Assembly (NCBI GenBank): GCA_029858305.1
Contig: JAOUFI010000031.1
Location: 1 to 22,829 of the forward strand
Direction: 5' to 3'
Origin: Candidatus Thorarchaeota archaeon
GTDB lineage: Archaea; Asgardarchaeota; Thorarchaeia; Thorarchaeales; Thorarchaeaceae
Length of the DNA stretch: 22,829 nt
The translations under genes were made by a program, and so were the position numbers. The notes beneath the pieces are model-generated. The model was not told the origin of the DNA. It saw only the letters and a list, made by a program, of their open reading frames with translations, and ran no database searches. This document shows, piece after piece, positions 7,418-17,051 of the stretch (the first letter of the stretch is position 1; the number at the start of each line of letters is the position of its first letter).

Positions 7418-9022
7418 ATGACTACCGAGTATGCTGTTGAACTCGAAGACATTTGCAAGACATTTCCTGGTGGCGTTCAAGCCAATAAGAACATAACACT
7501 CAGAGTCCGGAGGGGTGAAGTTATTGGCCTCCTAGGAGAGAATGGAGCAGGAAAGAGTACGCTCATGAACATTCTCTACGGGCTTCTGAAACCGGATTCG
7601 GGTAGGATAGTCATTAATGGTGAAGAAGTGAGTCTGAACTCGCCACAAGATGCAATTGTTCGAGGAGTCGGTATGGTGCATCAACATTTCAAACTCATCC
7701 CAGTCCTCACAGTAGTTGAGAATGTTGTTCTTGGACTTGAGCCAATTCTCAAGAAGATGGATGTTCGCAGCATCCCTGGAGGAAGAACCATTGGCTCGGT
7801 TCTTCCTGTAGATTTTAAAACTGCTTCGAAAAAAATCGAAGAGATTGGTGAAGAAAATGGTCTCCCAGTGGACCCCTCTTCAAAAATACACGATCTATCA
7901 GTTGGGCTGCAACAGAGGGTAGAGATCATAAAGATGCTCTATCGTCAGGCAAACATACTTATTCTTGATGAACCAACATCTGTTTTGACACCGCATGAAG
8001 TTGACGAGCTCTTCGTCACACTAAAGGAGTTTGTAAAAGCTGGAAAGACCATTATTCTGATTACTCATAAGCTCCGTGAATCAATGGCTCTTTGTGATAG
8101 AATATGTGTCCTTCGCGATGGAGAATTAGTTGGAATTGTTGAACGCAAAGATACCTCTCCGTCAAAACTTGCACAGATGATGGTCGGACGACCTGTTGTT
8201 TTCACAACACAGAAAGAGCCTAGGTCACCGGGTGAGGTTGTCCTCTCAGTTAGTAACTTATCTGTTCTTGATAATAGAAAACTAGAGAAAGTGAAAGGAA
8301 TCAATTTCGAGGTCCATGCAGGAGAGATTTTTGGTCTAGCAGGTGTTCAAGGAAATGGTCAGACTGAACTCATAGAAGCGTTAGCTGGCCTAAGGAAGCC
8401 GACTAATGGAAGAATCCTTGTTGGATCTGTTGACATAACCGGCAAAAGAGCACGATTTGTAAGAGAGGCAGGAGTGAGCCATATTCCAGAGGATCGTCAA
8501 AGAATGGGAATTATATTGCCATTCTCCGTAGAGGAGAATATTGCTCTTGGTAGTCATTATAGACCACCCTTCGCTGCTGGATTATTTTCAGCCATACTAC
8601 AATTGGATGTAATACGTTCAGCCACAGAGGACCTTGTTGAGGATTATTCAATAAAGCTTTCGAAGGTTAACGCACTAGCGTCTACATTGTCTGGTGGAAA
8701 CCAGCAGAAAGTTGTTGTAGCTAGAGAATTGGCGACAAAGCCTAACCTTGTTATTGCTGCTCAACCGACACGAGGGCTAGATGTTGGAGCAACAGAGTAC
8801 ATCCATGAGGTCTTGATTGGTTTGCGCGATAGGGGTGTAGCAGTCCTGTTGATATCTGCTGAGCTTGACGAGATTCAGAATCTTGCTGATAGAATAGGTG
8901 TCATTTATGATGGGCAGATGGTCGCTATCAAAGCTCCAGGTGAAGCAACGCCAACAGAACTTGGTCTGTTAATGGCTGGACATACGCATGAATCTTCTGA
9001 TGAGGAGGTTGCACTATCATGA
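7418..9022 (+). CDS. ABC transporter ATP-binding protein, CUT2 family (NupA/YufO-like, two fused ABC domains)
   Basis: Walker A GENGAGKS, GMVHQHF, LSVGLQQRVEI and ILDEPT. The second domain has a degenerate Walker A (GVQGNGQ), HIPEDR, LSGGNQQK and AAQPTRGLD. Confidence 0.95.
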   Translation: MTTEYAVELEDICKTFPGGVQANKNITLRVRRGEVIGLLGENGAGKSTLMNILYGLLKPDSGRIVINGEEVSLNSPQDAIVRGVGMVHQHFKLIPVLTVVENVVLGLEPILKKMDVRSIPGGRTIGSVLPVDFKTASKKIEEIGEENGLPVDPSSKIHDLSVGLQQRVEIIKMLYRQANILILDEPTSVLTPHEVDELFVTLKEFVKAGKTIILITHKLRESMALCDRICVLRDGELVGIVERKDTSPSKLAQMMVGRPVVFTTQKEPRSPGEVVLSVSNLSVLDNRKLEKVKGINFEVHAGEIFGLAGVQGNGQTELIEALAGLRKPTNGRILVGSVDITGKRARFVREAGVSHIPEDRQRMGIILPFSVEENIALGSHYRPPFAAGLFSAILQLDVIRSATEDLVEDYSIKLSKVNALASTLSGGNQQKVVVARELATKPNLVIAAQPTRGLDVGATEYIHEVLIGLRDRGVAVLLISAELDEIQNLADRIGVIYDGQMVAIKAPGEATPTELGLLMAGHTHESSDEEVALS

Positions 9023-10536
9023 ATGAAGCAAAAGATACTCCAGGTCAAGTCAATGATTCACCAGCAACTTCCGAGTATCAATCAAAGATAGGAAAATTCA
9101 TCAATGCACTCATAGCTAGGATTACAAGCAAGGAGTTCAGAAACCAGTTTTACTGGTCATTTGGTTCAATACTTCTAGCACTAGTAGTTGCTGCTGTGAT
9201 TATGCTAATGGGTGGATATGATCCAGGTACAGCCATTCTCTATCTTGCAGTTGGCGCATTGAGCCAGATGGATCAAGTCTTCTGGTACGCATCACCTCTC
9301 ATACTAACTGGCCTTTCAGTCGCGCTAGCTTTCAGATGTGGTCTCTTTAATATTGGCGCAGAAGGTCAACTGTACATGGGCGCTATGGCAGCAGCTCTCG
9401 TTGCCTATCTTTTCTCATTACCAATATTACTGCATCCACTGTTGAGCCTTCTAGCAGGAGTTTTGGTTGGAGGCTTCTGGGCGTTTGTTCCCGGATTATT
9501 GAAAGCGTACAGAGGAGCTCACGAGGTGGTAACCACTATGATGCTCAGCTATGTCGCCATCTTGTTTACGAGCTGGTTGGTCGGGCCTAACGGACCGTAT
9601 TGGGATGGAAGCATGGTTCCACAGACTCCAGAATTCTATGATTCAGCGATCCTCCCCAATATATTTGGTAACTACCTCCATTTTGGATTTATTGTTGCGA
9701 TTTTGGCAGTCTTTGGTGTAGATTATTTGATAAACAGAACAGTTCTTGGATATGAGATGCGAGCTGTTGGTCACAATATTGACGCAGCTGAATACGCTGG
9801 AATTGATAGTAAGAAGAAAGTGGCAATAGCTCTTGGAATCAGTGGGGGACTCTCTGGACTTGCTGGTTCAACGGAAATGCTGGGAACATACCACAGGTTC
9901 ATCGGTAACTGGAGTCCTGGTTTAGGATGGGATGGAATAACAGTTGCTGTACTTGGAAATAACAGCCCGTGGGGTGTCCTTGCTGGTGCCATATTCTTTG
10001 GAGCATTGAAAGCAGGTGGCAACACAATGCATGCAATTGCACATGTTCCAATTGAAATGGTCAAAGTTATTCAGGGATTGATTGTGCTCTTTATTGCAGC
10101 TCCAAGAATTATTCAATGGCTAATCAATCATGGTAATGCTAACAAAGAGGAGATTGTTAAGAAACCAGTAAAAGCAATGCCAAACTTACTTGGTGCATTC
10201 TTTGGATTAGCTTCAGTATTCCTCGCTCTTGGAATAGCTAGAAGTATATTTACAATGGCCACTGTTTCACCGTGGACTCTCATTTCTGCGTTGTCCTTAT
10301 TCTTGGTGGCAGTTGCAAGTGTATTGGTCTTCATTACACAGTATTCACGAGATCCGCGCTGTTCTCCTCTGCTTCTATTAATTGCAGTTGGATGGTCGAC
10401 TGCGGCAATTACTTTCCTTGTAGGTAGTGGCGGACTAGAACTAACATCTATTATCATGGCAGTAATTGCTTTTGTCTTCTGGATAGTCATGTATATGCTT
10501 GGGAAGAATACATTAAGGGATGGTGAAGGACCATGA
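9019..10536 (+). CDS. Nucleoside/sugar ABC transporter permease (NupB/YufP-like) with a C-terminal membrane extension
   Basis: GLFNIGAEGQLYMG, GAHEVVTTMML, LGYEMRAVG and GWDGITVAVLG motifs. ATGA overlap with the ATPase gene. Confidence 0.93.
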   Translation: MNEAKDTPGQVNDSPATSEYQSKIGKFINALIARITSKEFRNQFYWSFGSILLALVVAAVIMLMGGYDPGTAILYLAVGALSQMDQVFWYASPLILTGLSVALAFRCGLFNIGAEGQLYMGAMAAALVAYLFSLPILLHPLLSLLAGVLVGGFWAFVPGLLKAYRGAHEVVTTMMLSYVAILFTSWLVGPNGPYWDGSMVPQTPEFYDSAILPNIFGNYLHFGFIVAILAVFGVDYLINRTVLGYEMRAVGHNIDAAEYAGIDSKKKVAIALGISGGLSGLAGSTEMLGTYHRFIGNWSPGLGWDGITVAVLGNNSPWGVLAGAIFFGALKAGGNTMHAIAHVPIEMVKVIQGLIVLFIAAPRIIQWLINHGNANKEEIVKKPVKAMPNLLGAFFGLASVFLALGIARSIFTMATVSPWTLISALSLFLVAVASVLVFITQYSRDPRCSPLLLLIAVGWSTAAITFLVGSGGLELTSIIMAVIAFVFWIVMYMLGKNTLRDGEGP

Positions 10537-11555
10537 ATCAACGTAGGTTCTTTTTCATCATAGCGCTTGTAGCTGCCATTATTATTGGAGTTATAGGGAT
10601 TATTTCCATGCCGGTCCAACAGCAGCAAATAGCAGGATGGTTAGTTTCTATTACAATGCAGATGGCAACACCTCTTGTTCTTGCAGGAATTGGAGGTATG
10701 TATAGCGAACGTGGCGGAGTTGTTAACATTGGACTTGAAGGTATCATGCTCATGGGTGCTTTCACCGGTGCAGCTGTGACTTATTATTTTGATAATCCTT
10801 GGCTCGGTATTCTTGGTTCTGTTGCAGCCGGAGGTTTGCTCGCTGCAGTACATGGTGTTATTTGTGTGAAGTATAAGGGAAATCACATTGTTAGTGGCAC
10901 TGGTGTGATTCTTTTTGGTACTGGTTTTACAACATTGATGCTTGAAGTTGTATGGCACCAAAAAGGAAGAGGCGAGTTGATAACAAACACAATTCCAGAT
11001 ATTATAATTCCACAAATTCAGAGCCACCCATTTTTCGGACCGGCTTTTAGTGTCATATCACCTGTTGTAGTGTTCATGTTCGTTCTCACAGCGATCAGCT
11101 GGTACATACTCTACCGTACTCCATTTGGTCTACGTCTGCGAGCTTCTGGAGAAGACCCTAGCACGTTGGATTCCGCTGGTGTAAGTGTAGAATGGATACG
11201 AGTCGTTGGCGTCATAATAAGTGGCTGCTTGGCAGGATTGGGTGGAGCTTACCTATCAATAGGCTTTGGTTCTGCTTTTGCAAAAGAAATGACTGCTGGA
11301 AGAGGATTCATCGCCCTTGCGGCCATGATTTTCGGAAATTGGACTCCCACTGGTATTTTAGGTGCAGGACTATTCTTTGGTTTCTTAGATGGTCTAAACT
11401 ACTTCATCCAGATATACTTCCCAGCTCTACTTCCATTCTCCAATTACATTGCGATGCTTCCATTCCTATTGGTCGTCGTTGCACTTGGTTTGATTAGAAA
11501 ATCTGTGCCACCAAAAGCTATAGCCAAGCCTTATGAAAAAGAGAAGAGAGCGTGA
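10533..11555 (+). CDS. Nucleoside/sugar ABC transporter permease (NupC/YufQ-like)
   Basis: SERGGVVNIGLEGIMLMGAF, TPFGLRLRASGE and MTAGRGFIALAAMIFGNW motifs. ATGA overlap with the previous gene. Confidence 0.95.
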   Translation: MNQRRFFFIIALVAAIIIGVIGIISMPVQQQQIAGWLVSITMQMATPLVLAGIGGMYSERGGVVNIGLEGIMLMGAFTGAAVTYYFDNPWLGILGSVAAGGLLAAVHGVICVKYKGNHIVSGTGVILFGTGFTTLMLEVVWHQKGRGELITNTIPDIIIPQIQSHPFFGPAFSVISPVVVFMFVLTAISWYILYRTPFGLRLRASGEDPSTLDSAGVSVEWIRVVGVIISGCLAGLGGAYLSIGFGSAFAKEMTAGRGFIALAAMIFGNWTPTGILGAGLFFGFLDGLNYFIQIYFPALLPFSNYIAMLPFLLVVVALGLIRKSVPPKAIAKPYEKEKRA

Positions 11556-11781
11556 ACTCCAATGGAGGCTTTACTGGTTCGTTAAATGAAACAGTTCTAG
11601 GTCTTTTCAAATTGCCGCTACTCGGTACAAATCATTTAGTGATAATTTCTTGAATTTCTGATATTACACCAAAGGACTTTGGAAGATTTTTTTGATTTCG
11701 TAGCTGTCTTGTGTTGTAATCTGCTGATACAAGCAGTGAAGCATTATTAGATGCCAATCGACAGAATTGATTCGATTTGCC

Positions 11782-13287
11782 TTGAAGCCACGAGTCCTCC
11801 TCACTGGTGCATCAGGTTCTATGGGAAACGAAGCTTTCAAGGAACTCATGAGAAGGCGCTCAACATACGATATTGTATTGATTCTAAGACCTTCCAAGAC
11901 CAACAAAAAGATGTTTAGGAAATATATTCCGAAGAGTAGTATCTCAAAATCTCAAAACAGCCTTGTAGAGGGTGATGGGCTCAAGATTGTTTGGGGCGAC
12001 CTGACTTCTTATGATGATGTCTTGCAAGCCGTAGATGGCGTTGATTACGTTCTTCATCCAGCAGCATTCATTGCTCCTGGGGCTGATCACAATCCATACC
12101 TTGCAGAAAAGATCAATGTCGGGGGCACTATCAATATTATTAATGCTATCAAGGCACAAGATAATGGCATTGAGCGAATCAAATTAGTTTACATTTCATC
12201 TGTTGCTATCTACGGAGATAGACTCGCTCCTATCTACTGGGTCCGTGCTGGAGATCCCCTTAAACCAAGTGTGTATGACTTCTATGCGACTACTAAGATT
12301 AGAGCGGAGAAAGAGGTCATCGAGTCAGGCATTAAGAACTGGGTGTCCATCAGACAAACATACATAGCTATTCCCAATGCGATGGGACTCATGGATCCAA
12401 TAATGTTCCATCAACCCATCGACCAGCATATCGAAATGGTGACTGTTGAAGACGCAGGGTACGGACTTGTACAATGCCTTGAAACACCTAACGATTTCTG
12501 GGGCAGGGTGTACAATATGGGTGGAGGACCAGATTGTAGGTTCATCTTCTTTCAATATATGGATCGGATGATGAGAAATCTAGGACTGGGTGACTATCGT
12601 ACGATTATGGATCGTAACTGGTTCTGTACTCGTAATTTCCACTGTGCATGGTTTGCTGACAGTTATATTCTCAATGAGTATTTGGGACACTGGCGCCAGA
12701 GTCTGGAAGACCACTACCAACAGGTAAAGGAAGCCGCGCCTTGGTATATCAAATTCGCCAAATTTCTACCATCAAGAATCATCCGAAGTATGTTCACTAG
12801 TAGAATGACAACTGGAAAAGATGGAACGATGCATTGGATCATGAACAATAACGAAGGACGTATCTCAGCTTTCTGGGGTTCTAAAGAGAAGTGGGAACAG
12901 ATACCTGACTGGAATGACAACATGCCCGATATCGATTCAGAAGCGTACATCTTAAATCATGGATACGATGAGTCAAAAGATCTTGATGAGCTCACCATTG
13001 AAGATATGAAAAAAGTCGCTCAATTCCGCGGGGGCGAATGCCTTTCCTCTCTATTCAAGGGTATGAATTGTAAACTGATGTGGAGATGTGCCTTTGGTCA
13101 TGAGTTTGAAGCATCACCGACACTAGTGTTGAAAGCAGGTCATTGGTGCCCTGAGTGTCTCGCACCACCATGGAATTATGATGAGATAGCGAAAAGGAAT
13201 CCATTCTTCTCACAAGTATATTATACAAACCACGATAAGAATGAAAGTAATTATTACGATGAAAAGTGCTATGAAGATATTCTATAG
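11782..13287 (+). CDS. Extended SDR (NAD-dependent epimerase/dehydratase family) with a C-terminal zinc-ribbon domain
   Basis: TGASGSMG Rossmann motif, ISSVAIYG, catalytic YATTK (YxxxK), and C-terminal RGGECLS...WRCAFGH...HWCPEC. The start is uncertain (TTG 11767 or 11782). Confidence 0.88.
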   Translation: MKPRVLLTGASGSMGNEAFKELMRRRSTYDIVLILRPSKTNKKMFRKYIPKSSISKSQNSLVEGDGLKIVWGDLTSYDDVLQAVDGVDYVLHPAAFIAPGADHNPYLAEKINVGGTINIINAIKAQDNGIERIKLVYISSVAIYGDRLAPIYWVRAGDPLKPSVYDFYATTKIRAEKEVIESGIKNWVSIRQTYIAIPNAMGLMDPIMFHQPIDQHIEMVTVEDAGYGLVQCLETPNDFWGRVYNMGGGPDCRFIFFQYMDRMMRNLGLGDYRTIMDRNWFCTRNFHCAWFADSYILNEYLGHWRQSLEDHYQQVKEAAPWYIKFAKFLPSRIIRSMFTSRMTTGKDGTMHWIMNNNEGRISAFWGSKEKWEQIPDWNDNMPDIDSEAYILNHGYDESKDLDELTIEDMKKVAQFRGGECLSSLFKGMNCKLMWRCAFGHEFEASPTLVLKAGHWCPECLAPPWNYDEIAKRNPFFSQVYYTNHDKNESNYYDEKCYEDIL

Positions 13288-13396
13288 ATTGGACGGTCCA
13301 ACTCTTTTTAGATAGAGAGAAGTTTATGAGAGCGAAAATTTCGGGATTTTTAGCCAAATGAAATGACAAGCACAACTTTGCCGTCTATACTCCTAT

Positions 13397-14266
13397 CTAT
13401 GAGTCCCAAGTGAAATCATAAGATTGTCTTTTTTCGCGTTCAGCCGCGTGACTATAGTTACCTAATTTGATTGGAACACTGACTGACTTATCACGTGCCC
13501 AAGGTACGTCCAGGGTAATTTTCACAGAGATCTGATTAGACAATATTTCTCTAGTAAACTGAGATGGCATGGATTCGTTTGTTTCGATGCCGACATCTAC
13601 CCACAAACCACGTTCAATCATTGAATCTTCAAAATACTGCTTTGTTAGAGCGTATGCATTGTGTCGATTGCAATGTTCAGTACTAGCTTCTTCTTCAGCT
13701 AAAAGCTCAATCCTTACACCCCTTATGTTTATCTCCTGTGCAACACGGAATCTTAGTCCAATCACACTACCAAGTGAGAATGCATCCTCATCCATTTCAA
13801 CATCGAGGATAGAGTACCCATCTTTTTCAATGAAGGCCCGTTGAAATTCTGAAGAAGGCATTAATTCAGTATTCCGTATCATTATTGCACGCTCTCTCTT
13901 TGGATCTCTCGCCCAAGATCTCTCTATTTCAGCTGTGAGCATATATTCAATCCATCCATTGGTCCCACTATATGAACTCGGCAAATTTTCTGGTAGAATA
14001 AAGTGAAACGGAAAGCGTAACTCTTCAATAGTCATCTCTCCTTCGCTAGCTAAATCGATTTGTTGTGAGAAGTATACTCTCTCATCTGTATGGACAGTTG
14101 AAGTCTTTCCATGGCTTACAACTATTCGCGTGTGCTCCCTACCAGTAAATGTGAGATGAATTGCATTGTATTTAGTCTTCTCATCAGATTTGATTATCAA
14201 TTCACCTTCTACTGTATCTCCTGATACGTAGATTTTCTGATTAGTCGTAATTTCCATGCTTGGCAA
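13397..14266 (-). CDS. Arrestin-fold protein (alpha-arrestin/SpoOM-like; Arrestin_N plus Arrestin_C-like domains)
   Basis: YVSGDTVEGELII, IHLTFTGREHT and FPFHFILPENLPSSYSGTNGWIEYMLTAEIERSW match Arrestin_N. ISVKITLDVPW...VSVPIKLG matches the end of Arrestin_C. Likely TTG start at 14266 with GGAGG upstream (alternatives 14257, 14296). Confidence 0.85.
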   Translation of the reverse strand: MPSMEITTNQKIYVSGDTVEGELIIKSDEKTKYNAIHLTFTGREHTRIVVSHGKTSTVHTDERVYFSQQIDLASEGEMTIEELRFPFHFILPENLPSSYSGTNGWIEYMLTAEIERSWARDPKRERAIMIRNTELMPSSEFQRAFIEKDGYSILDVEMDEDAFSLGSVIGLRFRVAQEINIRGVRIELLAEEEASTEHCNRHNAYALTKQYFEDSMIERGLWVDVGIETNESMPSQFTREILSNQISVKITLDVPWARDKSVSVPIKLGNYSHAAEREKRQSYDFTWDS

Positions 14267-14332
14267 ACAGGATGGCCTCCTTCCTTCACTCACCACCCTG
14301 TCTGAAGCCTTTTGATATTTTGCAATCTGAAA

Positions 14333-15526
14333 TTAGAATCTGATGTATGAGAGGAAAGTGTCTGCAGGAAATATTGCCTCAAGTCGTGTTGCTATGTCTT
14401 TACTACACTTGATTTCTCCGAAAGCCTGCAACAATTTCGCAGGACTCATCCCCGAAATCACTTTTGAAAGTTGAAACTCACTGAGCACAATATCGGGAGT
14501 CCTATTTACTCGCTCTGCTGTAAGAGTTCCGTTCATTGGTGAAAGTGTATATACACCTGAATTCCAAGGGCACTGACTATCATTTAGTTCAATAGTTACT
14601 TCTTCCTCAACGTGCTTTGGAATTCTAATGCTCTTACAATATCCCTCAAGGTCAATAACTCGCATCATCATCGAACCAATTTGAAATGTTTCTGCATTAT
14701 GGTCGAGGAAGAAATGGCGAAGTGGGACCTCTGCATCGGTCCACCAGGTTATAGTTTGAACACTCGGGATGGAATTGTACACAAGTTCTAAAATCGAGAG
14801 AAACACATCATCTGATGTATATCGAGTTAATCCTACTTGGAGATTATAGCCATGTCCTGAGCTGGGCTTTTGAAATGAGAATTGTACAGTTCCAACTGGT
14901 TCTGAATCCCTCTCAAGAATATGGAGGTTTCCCCGTTTCATTATTTCATTCCAAGTTCTTTCAAATATAAAGAAACGAGAACCAAAACGAGCCATAGATC
15001 TTTCAACCTTTCTTGCTTTCTCAAAATCCTTAGAATCCATGGCCTCATATGACGTGATGTTTGATGGTCCTTTCACGTACTTCAGCTGATGCCTTGAAAA
15101 AACATGCTTTGCACGTTTCTCTGCGAGAGCATATCCAAATTGTTCGTAGAATGGTCGAGAGAATGGATCAAGTATTGAGAGTACTGCACCTTCTCTGTGC
15201 ATCTTTTCGAAGGAAACATCAAAGAGACTCTTGACGAGTCCGCGTCTTCTATATTGAGGTTCGGTCGCCACGGCCCAGACACCCCCAAACATTACCGGAT
15301 TGCCCCTTATTATGTCATCATCGGTAACAAAGAAGCAGAAGTTCGATACAACTTTATTATTATCTACTGCAACGTATGCCCAATCGTGCTTCTGTGGTTG
15401 ATGCCAATGCTTTAACCAATCGAGTTTCTGAACATCTTCAAAGTTCTCGGTGGCTTCAAATGCTCTCCAAAGGACCCGTCCTACTGATTCTCGATCTTCT
15501 TCTCGAGCCTCTCTGATTTCGACCAT
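14333..15526 (-). CDS. Eis-family (enhanced intracellular survival) GNAT acetyltransferase with an SCP2-like C-terminal domain
   Basis: GGVWAVATEPQYRRRGL acetyl-CoA motif, PFSRPFYEQFGY, MMRVIDL and DSQCPWNSGVY. The length of about 400 aa is typical of Eis proteins. Confidence 0.9.
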   Translation of the reverse strand: MVEIREAREEDRESVGRVLWRAFEATENFEDVQKLDWLKHWHQPQKHDWAYVAVDNNKVVSNFCFFVTDDDIIRGNPVMFGGVWAVATEPQYRRRGLVKSLFDVSFEKMHREGAVLSILDPFSRPFYEQFGYALAEKRAKHVFSRHQLKYVKGPSNITSYEAMDSKDFEKARKVERSMARFGSRFFIFERTWNEIMKRGNLHILERDSEPVGTVQFSFQKPSSGHGYNLQVGLTRYTSDDVFLSILELVYNSIPSVQTITWWTDAEVPLRHFFLDHNAETFQIGSMMMRVIDLEGYCKSIRIPKHVEEEVTIELNDSQCPWNSGVYTLSPMNGTLTAERVNRTPDIVLSEFQLSKVISGMSPAKLLQAFGEIKCSKDIATRLEAIFPADTFLSYIRF

Positions 15527-15610
15527 ATCCTCCTTGAAATATCTGCACTAAATGGTCTTTTCGGCAGAGGCATCTTTCAAAACCAGAGTTGCAGTACTTC
15601 ATGGGATGTC

Positions 15611-15618
15611 TTTAAATT
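15611..15618 (+). promoter_or_regulatory. Putative TATA box with leaderless-type spacing for the nitroreductase gene
   Basis: TTTAAATT ending about 21 nt before ATG 15640, with no SD in between. Confidence 0.4.
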
Positions 15619-15639
15619 AATGCACAATGGCGAGCGCCT

Positions 15640-16443
15640 ATGCAACATATACTCCCTTCAATGATTGATGCCATTCATGTTCGTCGTTCTTGCAGACAAT
15701 TTCATCCTATGAAATTAATCCCTGACCATGCAGAAAAATTACAAGAATTTATGAAGAAGATGGAAATTCCCTTCGACCATAAAGTCTCCATAACCTACCA
15801 CAATGTTCCCCAGGATCAAGATATTGTTTATTTCAAGGGACCGAAACAATTCATTGCATTATCAACATCGCGGTCATCAATTGAGCAGGCTAAACTGGGA
15901 TTTCTTGGCGAGCAATTGATACTCTACAGTGAAAGTATAGGCATCAGAACCTGCTGGATGGGTCATTATAGAACTAAAGAGGTGGAGGATATTGTGTATG
16001 GCGCGCCAAATCTGGATGATAATAATCCTCTATACTGCATAATTCTCCTTGGGTACATTCCCGAAAAGACAGGTCTCTTAGATCGCTTTTCTCAAAGGCG
16101 GTTGTCAAAAAAGAATAGAACCTTAGAGTCTTTCCTTCATGAGCACTCATTAACTGAACTTCCTGACTTCATCAAATCATCACTGGAACTTGCATCGAGA
16201 GCACCGTCTGCCATGAATTCGCAGAAATGGTATTACTTAGTACAGAAAACTAGTGAAGGATATTCAATTGAGCTAAGTAAGCCAAAGGGGTATCAACACT
16301 TCAAGTGGAAACATTATGACATTGATGTGGGTACTGCAGCGTTACATATCTGGCTTGGTCTTAGAGATGCTGGTATTGAAACAAAGGTGGATATTATCAA
16401 TAGAGATGGAGATGCAGTCTGGAGATTCCACTGTTCTGTGTGA
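15640..16443 (+). CDS. Nitroreductase family protein (TM1586-like)
   Basis: AIHVRRSCRQF FMN-binding motif, LGFLGEQLILY..SIGIRTCWMG, RAPSAMNSQKW and IDVGTAALH. Confidence 0.9.
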   Translation: MQHILPSMIDAIHVRRSCRQFHPMKLIPDHAEKLQEFMKKMEIPFDHKVSITYHNVPQDQDIVYFKGPKQFIALSTSRSSIEQAKLGFLGEQLILYSESIGIRTCWMGHYRTKEVEDIVYGAPNLDDNNPLYCIILLGYIPEKTGLLDRFSQRRLSKKNRTLESFLHEHSLTELPDFIKSSLELASRAPSAMNSQKWYYLVQKTSEGYSIELSKPKGYQHFKWKHYDIDVGTAALHIWLGLRDAGIETKVDIINRDGDAVWRFHCSV

Positions 16444-16600
16444 TAAAATTCTGGACTAGGGTCCATTATCCTAATTTCCTGTTGAGGAAACAATGACCAT
16501 AATTTTCAACAAATATTGACAACAAGGAGCACGAAAGCAATTATTGAGTTCTAAGAAATTCAATGATATTACTGGCAAATAAGAATCAAGAGAAGGTACG

Positions 16601-16852
16601 TTAGAATTTTCTTTTGTCCGATAATACTGGTTTGTAGCCCTCTCCAAGCTTCTGACGAACTCTCTGAGCTAAAAACCTCTCGGCAGCCTCAATATTTGGA
16701 AACTCACGTGAACCCCGATGACCTGGTGTGCCGACCTGACCAAAATGGATTGTAACTGATTTGCCATTGAGTTCAGCTTTCCAGAACTGTTGTGTTCCAT
16801 TTATTGGATCGCTTTGAATTAATCGACCAGTAGTGCGAGTAATGACACCCAT
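16601..16852 (-). CDS. Stand-alone WGR domain protein
   Basis: QFWKAELNGKSVTIHFGQVGTPG...EFPNIEAAERFLAQRVRQKLGEGY matches the WGR consensus (KFW.I...G..V....GRIGT.G...F....A.......EK..KGY), with WGR changed to FGQ. Confidence 0.85.
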   Translation of the reverse strand: MGVITRTTGRLIQSDPINGTQQFWKAELNGKSVTIHFGQVGTPGHRGSREFPNIEAAERFLAQRVRQKLGEGYKPVLSDKRKF

Positions 16853-17051
16853 TGTTGATCAGCCCAGTCAAGAGGATTTTCATGTAGTAAGGTCGCGATA
16901 TCGTATGGTTTGTGATTCGTTTAAGAATTTGGAAAACCGCAGGATATACTATGTGCATTTCGATTTCAGAGATAAAGATTACCACAGAGCAATCGTTATA
17001 ATAAGATGAGTGCTAGTTAGCTTTCAACTGGTATTAGTTGGAGTTATTGAT

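Noticed and set aside
10128-11497. Overlapping ORFs 10128..10628(-), 10538..10765(-), 10641..11027(-) and 11192..11497(+)
   Set aside because: They are shadow frames of the two permease genes, with no independent motifs.
16441-16570. Several short inverted repeats (TGGAC-tagg-GTCCA, TTTCCT-gttg-AGGAAA) between the convergent nitroreductase and WGR genes
   Set aside because: The stems are only 5-6 bp, with no tRNA cloverleaf, repeat-spacer periodicity or terminal inverted repeats. This is compatible with chance or weak terminators.
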